Source: an uncultured virus (IMG/VR IMGVR_UViG_3300024289_000017)
Taxonomy: Duplodnaviria; Heunggongvirae; Uroviricota; Caudoviricetes
DNA: 20,000 nucleotides
Direction: 5' to 3' (one strand)
Virus record (IMG/VR): IMGVR_UViG_3300024289_000017
Shown: piece by piece, positions 7,464 through 15,893 of the stretch
How positions within the stretch are numbered: the first letter of the stretch is position 1
How the letters are laid out: each line of letters starts with the position of its first letter
Translations under genes and position numbers: made by a program
Notes under the pieces: generated by a model
What the model was told of the DNA's origin: nothing
The model's input: only the letters and a program-made list of their open reading frames with translations
Databases searched by the model: none

Positions 7464-7733
7464 TTACTCAAACTCAAGAGTCCTATTTGCTTTTTGAAGT
7501 GGGTTCGGAGTTTGATATTCAAATTGTGAGGGAGTTTCAACAAATACTTCGATTTTAGTTTCATCGTTCCAATGTCGAATCACACCAGCACAAATAAAAG
7601 CATTAGTAATCAAATAAGTTGCAAATATAAAAGTGCGAATAATTGCAACCTTATCAGATTCTTTATCACATTTGCTTGCCTTTTCACCCAATGCTTTTGC
7701 CCACCAGCGCCATGCAGTCTTGTTCTTCTTCAT
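7464..7733 (-). CDS. small membrane protein (MKKNKTAWRWWAKALG...)
   Basis: ORF track; one hydrophobic helix. Confidence 0.75.
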   Translation of the reverse strand: MKKNKTAWRWWAKALGEKASKCDKESDKVAIIRTFIFATYLITNAFICAGVIRHWNDETKIEVFVETPSQFEYQTPNPLQKANRTLEFE

Positions 7734-7959
7734 GTTTTGATTGTCTTGATTTAACATACTTCAACTGTTTCCAATCTTCTTTGTAACAAACCACAAGCAA
7801 TCTTTCGTTTGCATGAATAGGGCAAGCATGATAGTTTACTTTATCTTTAGGACGAACAATGTACTCGATAGTAATGTATTCGTCATCCTTAAAATAAACC
7901 CAACCTTCAACACCCTTTGTCCATTCTACATAATCATTGACTTGTGGTTTGTATTTCAT
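7684..7959 (-). CDS. hypothetical protein
   Basis: 91 aa ORF; ATGA overlap upstream. Confidence 0.75.
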   Translation of the reverse strand: MKYKPQVNDYVEWTKGVEGWVYFKDDEYITIEYIVRPKDKVNYHACPIHANERLLVVCYKEDWKQLKYVKSRQSKHEEEQDCMALVGKSIG

Positions 7960-8237
7960 ACAAAGAACGCATCTAGTGGAGATTGTTTAATGGGCATTGC
8001 GGTGTAGTTTCGCGTGTCCGTGATATTTACACGAGCACCGATGGTTTTACTATTGATGGGGGCGAAGTATTCTCTGGTCTTGGACTTGTAGAATCCCCAG
8101 ATGGTTTTTGTTGCAGCACCATTATTGTAATCAAACTTGCGATGGCAATGCAACCATATAGCAATAACTCCGCGCTTAAACTCTTCGAACTCATAAGAAT
8201 ACCCCTTTGGTGGATGATGAGGAAACTCAGCAATCAT
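7956..8237 (-). CDS. hypothetical protein (MIAEFPHHPPKGY...)
   Basis: ORF track; start moved to ATG 8237 because 8227-8394 is a separate gene. Confidence 0.8.
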   Translation of the reverse strand: MIAEFPHHPPKGYSYEFEEFKRGVIAIWLHCHRKFDYNNGAATKTIWGFYKSKTREYFAPINSKTIGARVNITDTRNYTAMPIKQSPLDAFFV

Positions 8238-8394
8238 AGAACTTGTCTCGCGACATGTACTCAATTTGTTTTTGCAGTTGTAAGATTTCGTGTTCTTGTT
8301 CTGCAATTTTACTTTGCAGTTGTTCAATGCGATCTTGATACTGTTTCTTCAAATCAAACACCATTTTATTGGTGTGAGCAACATGGTGAGTCAT
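8227..8394 (-). CDS. coiled-coil protein, 55 aa (MTHHVAHTNKMVFDL...)
   Basis: manual translation; TGATG overlap; heptad pattern. Confidence 0.7.
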   Translation of the reverse strand: MTHHVAHTNKMVFDLKKQYQDRIEQLQSKIAEQEHEILQLQKQIEYMSRDKFYDC

Positions 8395-8636
8395 CAGGTC
8401 GTAAAAGATTCAACTACTACAGATTCTACATCTTCTGCAAGAGCATAAGTCCTTGAGTTTAACACATTTTCGCGAAGAGTAGTGTAATGTTGCTCATAGA
8501 AGTTTCCTTCATCCTCCGCAGCAATTAAATCAAAACATTCATTGTCATCTTTGGCAATTACATTCCAAAGTCCACCGTATTCACTAGATGGAAAAGGAAT
8601 GTAGTGGTCAACGATGTAAAGAAACTTTTGTGTCAT
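8394..8636 (-). CDS. hypothetical protein
   Basis: 80 aa ORF downstream of a sigma70 promoter. Confidence 0.8.
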   Translation of the reverse strand: MTQKFLYIVDHYIPFPSSEYGGLWNVIAKDDNECFDLIAAEDEGNFYEQHYTTLRENVLNSRTYALAEDVESVVVESFTT

Positions 8637-8659
8637 TTGTCTTTGTAAATTACCTCTTT

Positions 8660-8688
8660 AGTTTAATGTCATTGAATAGAATTGTCAA
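8660..8688 (-). promoter_or_regulatory. sigma70-like (host-type) promoter
   Basis: TTGACA (8683-8688), 17 nt, TAAACT (8660-8665). Confidence 0.75.
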
Positions 8689-8767
8689 CATCATCATCGG
8701 AAGCAATCAAAAATGCAAACCCAATGGTAAGTAGAGAACCTAGTCCCATTCCAAGTAGAAAAGTCAT
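8669..8767 (-). CDS. small hydrophobic peptide, 32 aa (MTFLLGMGLGSLL...)
   Basis: manual translation; TGATG overlap. Confidence 0.55.
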   Translation of the reverse strand: MTFLLGMGLGSLLTIGFAFLIASDDDVDNSIQ

Positions 8768-8904
8768 CAGTAAAACTCTGCAAGATAATAGTCAACTGTC
8801 ACTTCAAGTTTTGCTGCTTCACGCTCAATTTCTTTCCAAAACTCTTCTGCTACTTTGTCCATTTCTGCTTGTTTAATGAGGTCGCGGAGTCGTTTTGGGA
8901 TCAT
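8767..8904 (-). CDS. hypothetical protein, 45 aa (...EAAKLEVTVDYYLAEFY)
   Basis: manual translation; overlaps at both ends. Confidence 0.7.
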   Translation of the reverse strand: MIPKRLRDLIKQAEMDKVAEEFWKEIEREAAKLEVTVDYYLAEFY

Positions 8905-9035
8905 TTTAGGTGTTGAGTTGCTTGTTGACGATAATATGATTTATACATTGCATCATCACGCTGGATTAGGAAAACATTCCAACCAAGAATAACTGCAAAA
9001 CCAATCAATCCAACAACAATGTACTTTTTGTTCAT
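8901..9035 (-). CDS. small membrane protein, 44 aa (MNKKYIVVGLIGF...)
   Basis: manual translation; ATGA overlaps. Confidence 0.7.
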   Translation of the reverse strand: MNKKYIVVGLIGFAVILGWNVFLIQRDDAMYKSYYRQQATQHLK

Positions 9036-9439
9036 TTGTTCATTTGAAGAGTAGGAACGGGCATACCACCTTCAGTGGGAACATAGATGGTCACATTACC
9101 TTTGTTAGATCCTTCTTCAAGACCAGTAATGTAAAGATACTGAAGATACTCACGATTATCTTTCAGCGAATCACCAATGATTTGGTTTGCCTTGGCAACA
9201 CCAGTGGCACGGATAATTTCAGCATCAGCAAGTTGTTGTGCTGAATCTTTCTTTGCTTGTGCTTCCAAAACAGCAACCTGTCGGGTATATTCTGCTTTTT
9301 GCAGTTCTGCTTTACCAGCAAGAGATTGTTGCCACACATTGTATTGAGGTCCACCAATGAAGATAAGACCACCAATCACTACCACACCTACAGTAATAGC
9401 AGCAACTGCAGGGTCAATAAATCCGTTTTGTTGTTTCAT
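9032..9439 (-). CDS. membrane-anchored coiled-coil protein resembling an SPFH/band-7 C-terminus
   Basis: N-terminal TM helix; AEIIRATGVAKANQIIGDSL..YLQY. Confidence 0.7.
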   Translation of the reverse strand: MKQQNGFIDPAVAAITVGVVVIGGLIFIGGPQYNVWQQSLAGKAELQKAEYTRQVAVLEAQAKKDSAQQLADAEIIRATGVAKANQIIGDSLKDNREYLQYLYITGLEEGSNKGNVTIYVPTEGGMPVPTLQMNK

Positions 9440-9456
9440 AATAATTTACCTAAGAA

Positions 9457-9876
9457 TTAAACAGCAAGGGCAGCAGAGGGGATTTCAACAACTTCAGGCA
9501 TTTTAGTTCCCCACTGGTGACGATCATAGCATACCCACTCACCTTTCAGAGTGTAGATGTAAGCATACTCTTCACCCTCAGCAAGATACTCATATTTGTT
9601 AGCATCAAGGCGAGGGGGGCAATCTTCACCACGCTCAGAGTAATACTGAGGACCATATTCAGATTTCTTTTCTACACCTTCAGAAGTGCGGAAGTGATCA
9701 TCAGTCCAACAGCAAGACATATCACCACCATCAATCAGTTCGGCAACTTTCTGACGGGTGTTGTAATGGGTACGGAGAATACGACCCAACCATTCAGGAT
9801 AACCATCCCAATGGTGGTAAGCAGAAAGAATAGATCCGTCAGAGAGTTCAAGACCAATTCGTGCTCGGGTTGCCAT
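9457..9876 (-). CDS. conserved phage hypothetical protein (MATRARIG...YHHWDGYPE)
   Basis: 139 aa; first ATG after promoter element 7. Confidence 0.85.
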   Translation of the reverse strand: MATRARIGLELSDGSILSAYHHWDGYPEWLGRILRTHYNTRQKVAELIDGGDMSCCWTDDHFRTSEGVEKKSEYGPQYYSERGEDCPPRLDANKYEYLAEGEEYAYIYTLKGEWVCYDRHQWGTKMPEVVEIPSAALAV

Positions 9877-9906
9877 TTGAGAGTTGTCTCCGTTGATTAC
9901 TTTGTA

Positions 9907-9963
9907 AGTATAGGGTCTCCTGCGACCCCTGCGAGCATGTGTGGGACAGTTCCCCAACTGTCC
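9907..9963 (-). promoter_or_regulatory. double-palindrome early-type promoter element, copy 7
   Basis: TATACT (9907-9912), inner GGGTC-N6-GACCC, TGGGACAGTT-cccc-AACTGTCC. Confidence 0.75.
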
Positions 9964-10800
9964 TCAGTACAATAAACTCTCTAGTGCATTTGGATTAGAT
10001 TCCACCTTCACTTCTGGATGTTTGATGATAATAAGTTCCGTTTTCTTTCCTCTGCAACTTACATCACCTGCCATCTGATAATCAAACTCCAAATAGCGAA
10101 ACTCTGTCCAATCTTTATAAAGTTCTTTAAGGTAATCTGTGTTGTCATAAGACATCACGAACCCACCTTTATGTTGCTTCAAGACATCAGAAAGTTTATC
10201 GTGATTGAATCCTTCGTGAGTGCTTCCATCAATACCATAATAGTATGATGTAGTTTTATAATAAGGAGGATCCAAATACATAAAATCATTCTGATGCTTT
10301 GGTATTGTATCAAAACAATTTCCAAAAGAAAATGAGAAGTTTGGATTATAGAACCCAATGAGTTTATGAATACCAGAAAGATTTAGATTCTTTCTGGATG
10401 ATTCTGATGTGTGACCAAGATCTCCACTAAAGGCACCTTTGATGCAAATGTAAAATGACCATGCTCGGGTGAACTTATCATCACTCTCTAAAAGAGGAAG
10501 AAAAGACTTATAGTGTTCTCTATCTTTTAGAGGATAATGCTTTGCTGCTTCTTCTCCAATTCTCTTTCCACCTTCTGTGGTTAGAATCTCCCAAAAATCA
10601 GCAAGAGGTTGAAATAAATCATATGCTTGAACTTTTACACCTCTTGCTGCAAGGGCAAGTTCAATACAACCTCCACCCATGAAAGGTGACATCATATATG
10701 TAAGATTAGGATGAATCTCATCAATAATCTTAATGATCTCATCTTTCATAGTGTTTTTACCACCAGCGTAGCGGTATAAACTTGTGGAGGTATATCTCAT
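9964..10800 (-). CDS. DNA adenine methyltransferase, D12/Dam family
   Basis: RYAGGK, SPFMGGG (motif I), YLDPPY (motif IV), MSY. Confidence 0.9.
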   Translation of the reverse strand: MRYTSTSLYRYAGGKNTMKDEIIKIIDEIHPNLTYMMSPFMGGGCIELALAARGVKVQAYDLFQPLADFWEILTTEGGKRIGEEAAKHYPLKDREHYKSFLPLLESDDKFTRAWSFYICIKGAFSGDLGHTSESSRKNLNLSGIHKLIGFYNPNFSFSFGNCFDTIPKHQNDFMYLDPPYYKTTSYYYGIDGSTHEGFNHDKLSDVLKQHKGGFVMSYDNTDYLKELYKDWTEFRYLEFDYQMAGDVSCRGKKTELIIIKHPEVKVESNPNALESLLY

Positions 10801-10973
10801 ATTGGTAACTTTGCTACAGATTTTCCTTTCTTATGATCAGCAATATACTTTCGTGCAGATGATTCTGTTCTGCAGATTTTTTCTAATTGCTGACCGTTAT
10901 GGATAATTATATATCCTTTTTTACCAAATGGCACTGCCGCATACTCACCTTTACCTACAATAAATCCCTCCAT
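10797..10973 (-). CDS. hypothetical basic protein, 58 aa (MEGFIVGKGEYAAVPFG...)
   Basis: manual translation; coupled to both neighbours. Confidence 0.75.
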   Translation of the reverse strand: MEGFIVGKGEYAAVPFGKKGYIIIHNGQQLEKICRTESSARKYIADHKKGKSVAKLPI

Positions 10974-11974
10974 CAGTTAATTTCAACAAGAGATTGAGGA
11001 TCTTCCACACCAATCAGTTGGGGAAGAGCACCTGCAATCGAATATGCAGAAGATTGATTACTCATACGCTTAACAACATATTGAACAACAAGATCATCAA
11101 GTTTTTTGAGATAATCAACTGCGAACTGTCGTTGTTTGGTAACTTCTTCTGCAGTTTCACAACCTTTAGTATAAGTCACAACATCAGTCATCTCAATGTC
11201 CCTTTGGACAAAGTTTTCCATAATTTGGATGAAACCACGCTTCACATACATTACATCTTTACAACAAATCACAACAGGATTTGTAGAAGAATCAGTATCT
11301 ACAATTTCAGCAACTTTAGACTGTGCGTTTTGTGGGTAAGGGAATGGGAGAATGTTGACAGCGATTGTGGTTTGTTGATAGATTCGATTTACGGCATCTT
11401 CAACTTGCTTTGCTGTAAAAGAGTGATCAATACTTTCAATCCAATTTTTGATTTCTTTCTTTGAAAGATTACTACCGTGACGCTTGCAGTAGCACACGCC
11501 ACGATTCACAAAATCATTGATAGTATGTCGCTTTGCAACTGTGTGATTGTTAGAACCAAGAGACACCATATCATAGGCATCTTCAATACGATCTTCCCAA
11601 TCTTTTTTGAGTCGATATACAAGAAAGGGATAATCTTGAATACCAAGTTTATATGCAGCGTTGCTACGATTGTATCCATCCCAAAGTTGCTTTTTACCAT
11701 TGGGAAGAATCATCACAACAGGAGGAAGTTCGGTTACGCGATAACCTTTTTGAAACTCTGCAATGAGACCGTTGATATTATCAGTATCAACACCACCTGC
11801 TCGTGCTTTATTTTTTTGTTGTTGAATTTGAAGTTGATTCCACTTAAGAATTTGAATATCATCAAATTCAGCACATTCAAATTCAGGAATGTCAAGAGAG
11901 TCAAAAGTAGGATTGCTCAGAAGAGCATCCCAAGAAGTCACATTAGACTGGAAAAAAGGAACAATTTGAGTCAT
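10973..11974 (-). CDS. protein with a ParB/Srx-like N-terminal domain
   Basis: 333 aa; LPPVV...LWDGYNR..A resembles the PI-V...DG-HR motif of ParB. Confidence 0.65.
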   Translation of the reverse strand: MTQIVPFFQSNVTSWDALLSNPTFDSLDIPEFECAEFDDIQILKWNQLQIQQQKNKARAGGVDTDNINGLIAEFQKGYRVTELPPVVMILPNGKKQLWDGYNRSNAAYKLGIQDYPFLVYRLKKDWEDRIEDAYDMVSLGSNNHTVAKRHTINDFVNRGVCYCKRHGSNLSKKEIKNWIESIDHSFTAKQVEDAVNRIYQQTTIAVNILPFPYPQNAQSKVAEIVDTDSSTNPVVICCKDVMYVKRGFIQIMENFVQRDIEMTDVVTYTKGCETAEEVTKQRQFAVDYLKKLDDLVVQYVVKRMSNQSSAYSIAGALPQLIGVEDPQSLVEIN

Positions 11975-12039
11975 AATTAAAAGTTAGCAATTTGCTTTGA
12001 GTGTCGATGCTATGAACAGAAGTTCTGACCAACGAGACA

Positions 12040-12068
12040 AGATTAACAACTTTGGGTGGGGATGTCAA
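12040..12068 (-). promoter_or_regulatory. sigma70-like promoter
   Basis: TTGACA (12063-12068), 17 nt, TAATCT (12040-12045). Confidence 0.7.
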
Positions 12069-12084
12069 GCCCCATTTTGGGATC

Positions 12085-12597
12085 TTAAAAACTCTTTACA
12101 TACTCGTAATCAAACTCTTCTGCTTCTGCAAAGTAGTCTTTTTCATACTGATCCTGGTATCCGTGAAGGAAAAAATGATCCTGATTTGGATTACAACTTC
12201 CAGTAAGAACAGCACCAGTAAACTTAGTGTTGTAGATCATATTTGAAGGAACACAGCACGCTTTCCCAAGTTTTACATCAGTAAAGATAAAGAAATCGGC
12301 AAGTTTTTCGTTGACAGAACTGCTGGCGCGACTATTCTTCAGGATTACACCACGCACTGCCATTTTTGACACATTCTTGAATTGAATGACTTTTGATTCA
12401 TAAGTGCATCCATCAGTGCCAATCAAATCTACTCCAGGTAGATTAACTCTCTTGAGTTGTCCTTTGCTATAAACATCATATGCAATCTCCACAAGTTCCC
12501 CTGCTTTGGGAAAGCGAAGATTATTTGTGGTATAGTCTCTCAAACTCCACAAGAGTTTAGAAAGGCGATCTAGTTCAAATGTGTTGAAATCAATCAT
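12085..12597 (-). CDS. putative PD-(D/E)XK nuclease
   Basis: GELVE...PGVDL...YESK catalytic-type layout. Confidence 0.6.
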   Translation of the reverse strand: MIDFNTFELDRLSKLLWSLRDYTTNNLRFPKAGELVEIAYDVYSKGQLKRVNLPGVDLIGTDGCTYESKVIQFKNVSKMAVRGVILKNSRASSSVNEKLADFFIFTDVKLGKACCVPSNMIYNTKFTGAVLTGSCNPNQDHFFLHGYQDQYEKDYFAEAEEFDYEYVKSF

Positions 12598-12599
12598 AA

Positions 12600-13844
12600 T
12601 CAGCGTTTGATTGTGGAAATAGCAGGTTCACCTTGTTGAAACACAGTGTCAACAACATTCTGAATTTTTTTAGCGGTGGAGATTCCCACAGAGTTGAAGG
12701 TCGGGATAATCACCAGACCATACGACTTATGGTAGTCCTCCAACCGTCCAGGTGTCAAGTCTCCAGAGCGAAGTCGTGCAGCATCCTTATGATGTAGTCG
12801 CACAACCCGTCCAATAGTCTGACAGATACCAATAGCATCCATAGATCGCATAAAGATCACTGCTTCAAGTCCAGATACATTGATACCTTCGGACAGAATA
12901 GAATAATGAAGCAAAACAAACTTCTTAGAATCATCCAAACTCCACTTATGAAGAATCTCAAAGAACTCCTCACGATTTACCTTCTTACCATCAATGATTG
13001 CACCAGTCTTAGATGTAATGACCATCCAAGAATATCCACGATCTTCTAGTTCCTGACAGAACCCAGTTTGTGAGATTAGATTGGTGATTTGCTTGGTTGC
13101 TTTGGCACACACAAGCACCTTAGAAACTGCTGCTTCGTCAATACTTTCCAGAAGATGATTGCAGTCACGCTCAAATACATTATTGCTGTCCAAAGATACT
13201 TGCTTAGCAACAATCTTAGGAGGAATAATATATCCTTCTCTCACCATACGGGGAGCAGGAACATTTGCAATGATGTTACCATAAACCTGAGTATTGTTCA
13301 TCCCAGGTTTCTTGGGAGTGGAAGAATACTTTGGAGTTGCAGTATAGAAATAACAACGATCCGCTTTCCTGCTGAAGTATTCAGTAGCAACATAGAAGTT
13401 CTTTTGCACGCTGTTATGTGCTTCATCAAAGTGAATTGTATTCACCTTGATACCTGCCTCCATAATTTTATGAAGAGAATGATATGTGGTGAAGATCAGT
13501 TTGTGCTTAGGAGCATCAGGATTAAATGCAACTCTCACTATCTGATCCCAGTGCTGAATCTCTGCAGGTTTAGTGGTGCTGAAATGATGCGTTTCTCCAG
13601 AGTGAACATGAAGAACAGCAACTGTATCAATATGCTCCAGATACTCAGAAGACAGTTGATTCGCAAGCAAAATGCGAGGAGCAACAACCACAACAGTTTG
13701 TGGTGTCTCTTTCTCAAATTCTCTTATTGTGTCACCAATACCCACAAGAGTCTTACCTGCACCTGTCGTTGCACAGATAATACCTTTAGGATGAATCTCA
13801 GTCGCATCAAGACATTCATTCTGATGATCGCGAAAGGAAATCAT
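12600..13844 (-). CDS. superfamily 2 DEAH helicase/ATPase (Res-subunit-like)
   Basis: FRDHQ, TGAGKT, FDEAH, TATP, ILSEGIN, QTIGRVVR. Confidence 0.92.
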   Translation of the reverse strand: MISFRDHQNECLDATEIHPKGIICATTGAGKTLVGIGDTIREFEKETPQTVVVVAPRILLANQLSSEYLEHIDTVAVLHVHSGETHHFSTTKPAEIQHWDQIVRVAFNPDAPKHKLIFTTYHSLHKIMEAGIKVNTIHFDEAHNSVQKNFYVATEYFSRKADRCYFYTATPKYSSTPKKPGMNNTQVYGNIIANVPAPRMVREGYIIPPKIVAKQVSLDSNNVFERDCNHLLESIDEAAVSKVLVCAKATKQITNLISQTGFCQELEDRGYSWMVITSKTGAIIDGKKVNREEFFEILHKWSLDDSKKFVLLHYSILSEGINVSGLEAVIFMRSMDAIGICQTIGRVVRLHHKDAARLRSGDLTPGRLEDYHKSYGLVIIPTFNSVGISTAKKIQNVVDTVFQQGEPAISTIKR

Positions 13845-13865
13845 AAATTAAGAATCAATGAAGTA

Positions 13866-13923
13866 ATCATACCAGGAATCTGGTGCTGTGGCAAGTCAGT
13901 GTGCCAGTTAATCAATTAGCACA
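13866..13923 (-). promoter_or_regulatory. double-palindrome early-type promoter element, copy 8
   Basis: TATGAT (13866-13871), inner ACCAG-N4-CTGGT, TGTGCCAGTT-aatc-AATTAGCACA. Confidence 0.7.
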
Positions 13924-15587
13924 TATGGTGCAGTTGCGACCTTTGCAAGTTTTGTTTTATTATTTTTTGTTTTGAACTCTTTAACAAAAGCATCTTCAAT
14001 AAGCATACTTTTGTTTCCAGAAAGAAATACCTTAGCACCTTTCTTTGCAAACAATCCATAAAGAGACAGCGTAATTTGTTTTTTCAGAAAATTTTGTATA
14101 TCTCTATCATTTCTAGTATAAATCCACAATCCTTGAGCATGGACATAATCATTATGCAAAATACCCATTTTATTTTTTAACATTGAATTTTTATCAAGAG
14201 TTGCAAGTTTTCCATGAGGACTTGTCAATGATTTGTTTTTACACAACTTAGATACTGCTATTCTATATTCTTGAAAGGAATCTTTTGGATTACTGGTTAA
14301 AGTATCATATTCTGCACAAAAACCTTTTATAATTTTATTTGAAGCATCATCATATAATACTAATTCTCTCTTACGAATTTCTCTCAAAGCACTATTATAA
14401 TCATTTCTTATCTTTTGAGGAATGTTTCTTTTGTTGATCGCAAAATCAAATGCTTTATTTCTAATTGAAATAATTTCTACAATCATAGAATTATATTTTG
14501 AATATTTTTTCATTATTACATCAGATACCGTATATGAAGCACCACCAACAAATGCACCTTTACCGAAAGGTTTTGCATTAAAACCCGTTCGTCCAATTTG
14601 CAAATCAAATTTTGCCAACTTATCTGTAATGTCAACTTTTTTGTAGTTTAAAGTGTAAATTACACTGAAATAAGTTCTACCATCCGCAATTTTGTCATCA
14701 TCAATATCTTCTATTTCCACCATTTCACTGATTAAGTCATATAGTTCCTTTCTATTCATTGACGATGCTCTTGCAAGAAATTCAGTATATGGGTCCAAAT
14801 ATATTTCAAATCCCTGAGCACCAGAAACTGTACCAACTATTGAAATATCTGCTTTTGATGCACTTGTTTTCTTCAAAGAAATGCCAACCATATCCTTTGA
14901 AGCAAAATACTTGTTTGTTAAAGTTCTAAAAGTATTTCTACCTCTATTTCCCCAAGCAAGATTATTCAAGATATCCATTGTTGTGACACTTGAATCAGTA
15001 ATGTTATCTTTAAATTCTTTTAGAATATCATTTACTTTACTTTTTTTTACTGCGATTACATCAACAGATGATAAAATATCAGAACCAACACTATCTGGCA
15101 AATCTAAAGAATTTAAAGTTTTTGTCAGAGCATCATCTTTCACAATTTGCATAAAATCTGTGCTCTGATCAAAAAACATGTATTGAGATAAATTTCCAAT
15201 AATGTTAGATTGTTTTAATTTTGCTGCACTAAGGTATGCCGACTTAATTTCACCATCTAATTTTGTAGGTTCTCCAGTTTCAGATCTTAACAAGGTTCCG
15301 TTTGGAAAATCTTTTTTGTGTTGACCAATTGGATATTTGCCATCTTTGTTAAGTGCATCTTCTTTTTTTAAAATTCCTGTTTTAGAATCTTTATGAAATT
15401 CTTGTATTCTTCTAAAATTAAAGGAATTTGGTAAATGATTGGAAAGTTTTCTTACTTCAGTATCATTATTATTGAAATAATAATCATAAACGATATTGCT
15501 AAACTCCTGCAAATCAGTATTTCCATCTGCAAAGTAACTAAATGCAAGACAAGTTAGTGCTTCTCTTGGTGTAGTTTGTGACGCCAT
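13908..15587 (-). CDS. large AT-rich hypothetical protein, possible divergent PD-(D/E)XK nuclease
   Basis: 559 aa; N-terminal E-helix, VDVIAV and GISLKK; late-like promoter upstream. Confidence 0.8.
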   Translation of the reverse strand: MASQTTPREALTCLAFSYFADGNTDLQEFSNIVYDYYFNNNDTEVRKLSNHLPNSFNFRRIQEFHKDSKTGILKKEDALNKDGKYPIGQHKKDFPNGTLLRSETGEPTKLDGEIKSAYLSAAKLKQSNIIGNLSQYMFFDQSTDFMQIVKDDALTKTLNSLDLPDSVGSDILSSVDVIAVKKSKVNDILKEFKDNITDSSVTTMDILNNLAWGNRGRNTFRTLTNKYFASKDMVGISLKKTSASKADISIVGTVSGAQGFEIYLDPYTEFLARASSMNRKELYDLISEMVEIEDIDDDKIADGRTYFSVIYTLNYKKVDITDKLAKFDLQIGRTGFNAKPFGKGAFVGGASYTVSDVIMKKYSKYNSMIVEIISIRNKAFDFAINKRNIPQKIRNDYNSALREIRKRELVLYDDASNKIIKGFCAEYDTLTSNPKDSFQEYRIAVSKLCKNKSLTSPHGKLATLDKNSMLKNKMGILHNDYVHAQGLWIYTRNDRDIQNFLKKQITLSLYGLFAKKGAKVFLSGNKSMLIEDAFVKEFKTKNNKTKLAKVATAPYVLID

Positions 15588-15601
15588 AATACTTTTTCAA
15601 G

Positions 15602-15608
15602 TATTTAG
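15602..15608 (-). promoter_or_regulatory. late-like promoter
   Basis: CTAAATA between the terminator and the ATG at 15587. Confidence 0.55.
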
Positions 15609-15636
15609 AAAAAAAGAGGGTCATTTCTGACCCTCT
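15609..15636 (-). terminator. rho-independent terminator
   Basis: AGAGGGTCA-GAAA-TGACCCTCT followed by a T-run on minus, right after the stop at 15640. Confidence 0.85.
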
Positions 15637-15639
15637 CTA

Positions 15640-15804
15640 TCAACCACCCTTTTCTCTCAAACTTCGCACAAGATATTCAGTAAACTCTTCCATTTTTTCA
15701 GGAACAACAGCAGCAGGTCTTTCATTGATAGCATTTTTAAGTGCTGTCATTTCATTCCATTCTGCATCAGTAAGTTTTTCTTGTTTTCCTGATGAAAGAG
15801 TCAT
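15640..15804 (-). CDS. hypothetical protein, 54 aa (MTLSSGKQEKLTDAEW...)
   Basis: manual translation; GGAG ribosome-binding site; followed by a terminator. Confidence 0.75.
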   Translation of the reverse strand: MTLSSGKQEKLTDAEWNEMTALKNAINERPAAVVPEKMEEFTEYLVRSLREKGG

Positions 15805-15893
15805 AATTTTGCTCCCGAATACTTCGATATGTTAGCATATCCCTATAAAATATCTAGTAACTTAACAATCTCTTTGGGATTGATTAACAGTTC

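Noticed and set aside
9877..9957. N-terminal extensions in the ORF track (9457..9957, 4339..5268, 3676..3909, 17885..18100)
   Set aside because: They run through or up to promoter elements; the downstream ATGs are the likely starts
730..12602. Recurring TGATTATG stop-start junctions as a repeat element
   Set aside because: Ordinary tight translational coupling
251..13923. Outer palindromes as intrinsic terminators or integron attC sites
   Set aside because: No U-tract, fixed distance to a -10 box, and no attC core or integrase
15640..15804. NblA-like call for the 54-aa protein
   Set aside because: Size fits, but the LSLEQ(Q/E)F-type motif is absent
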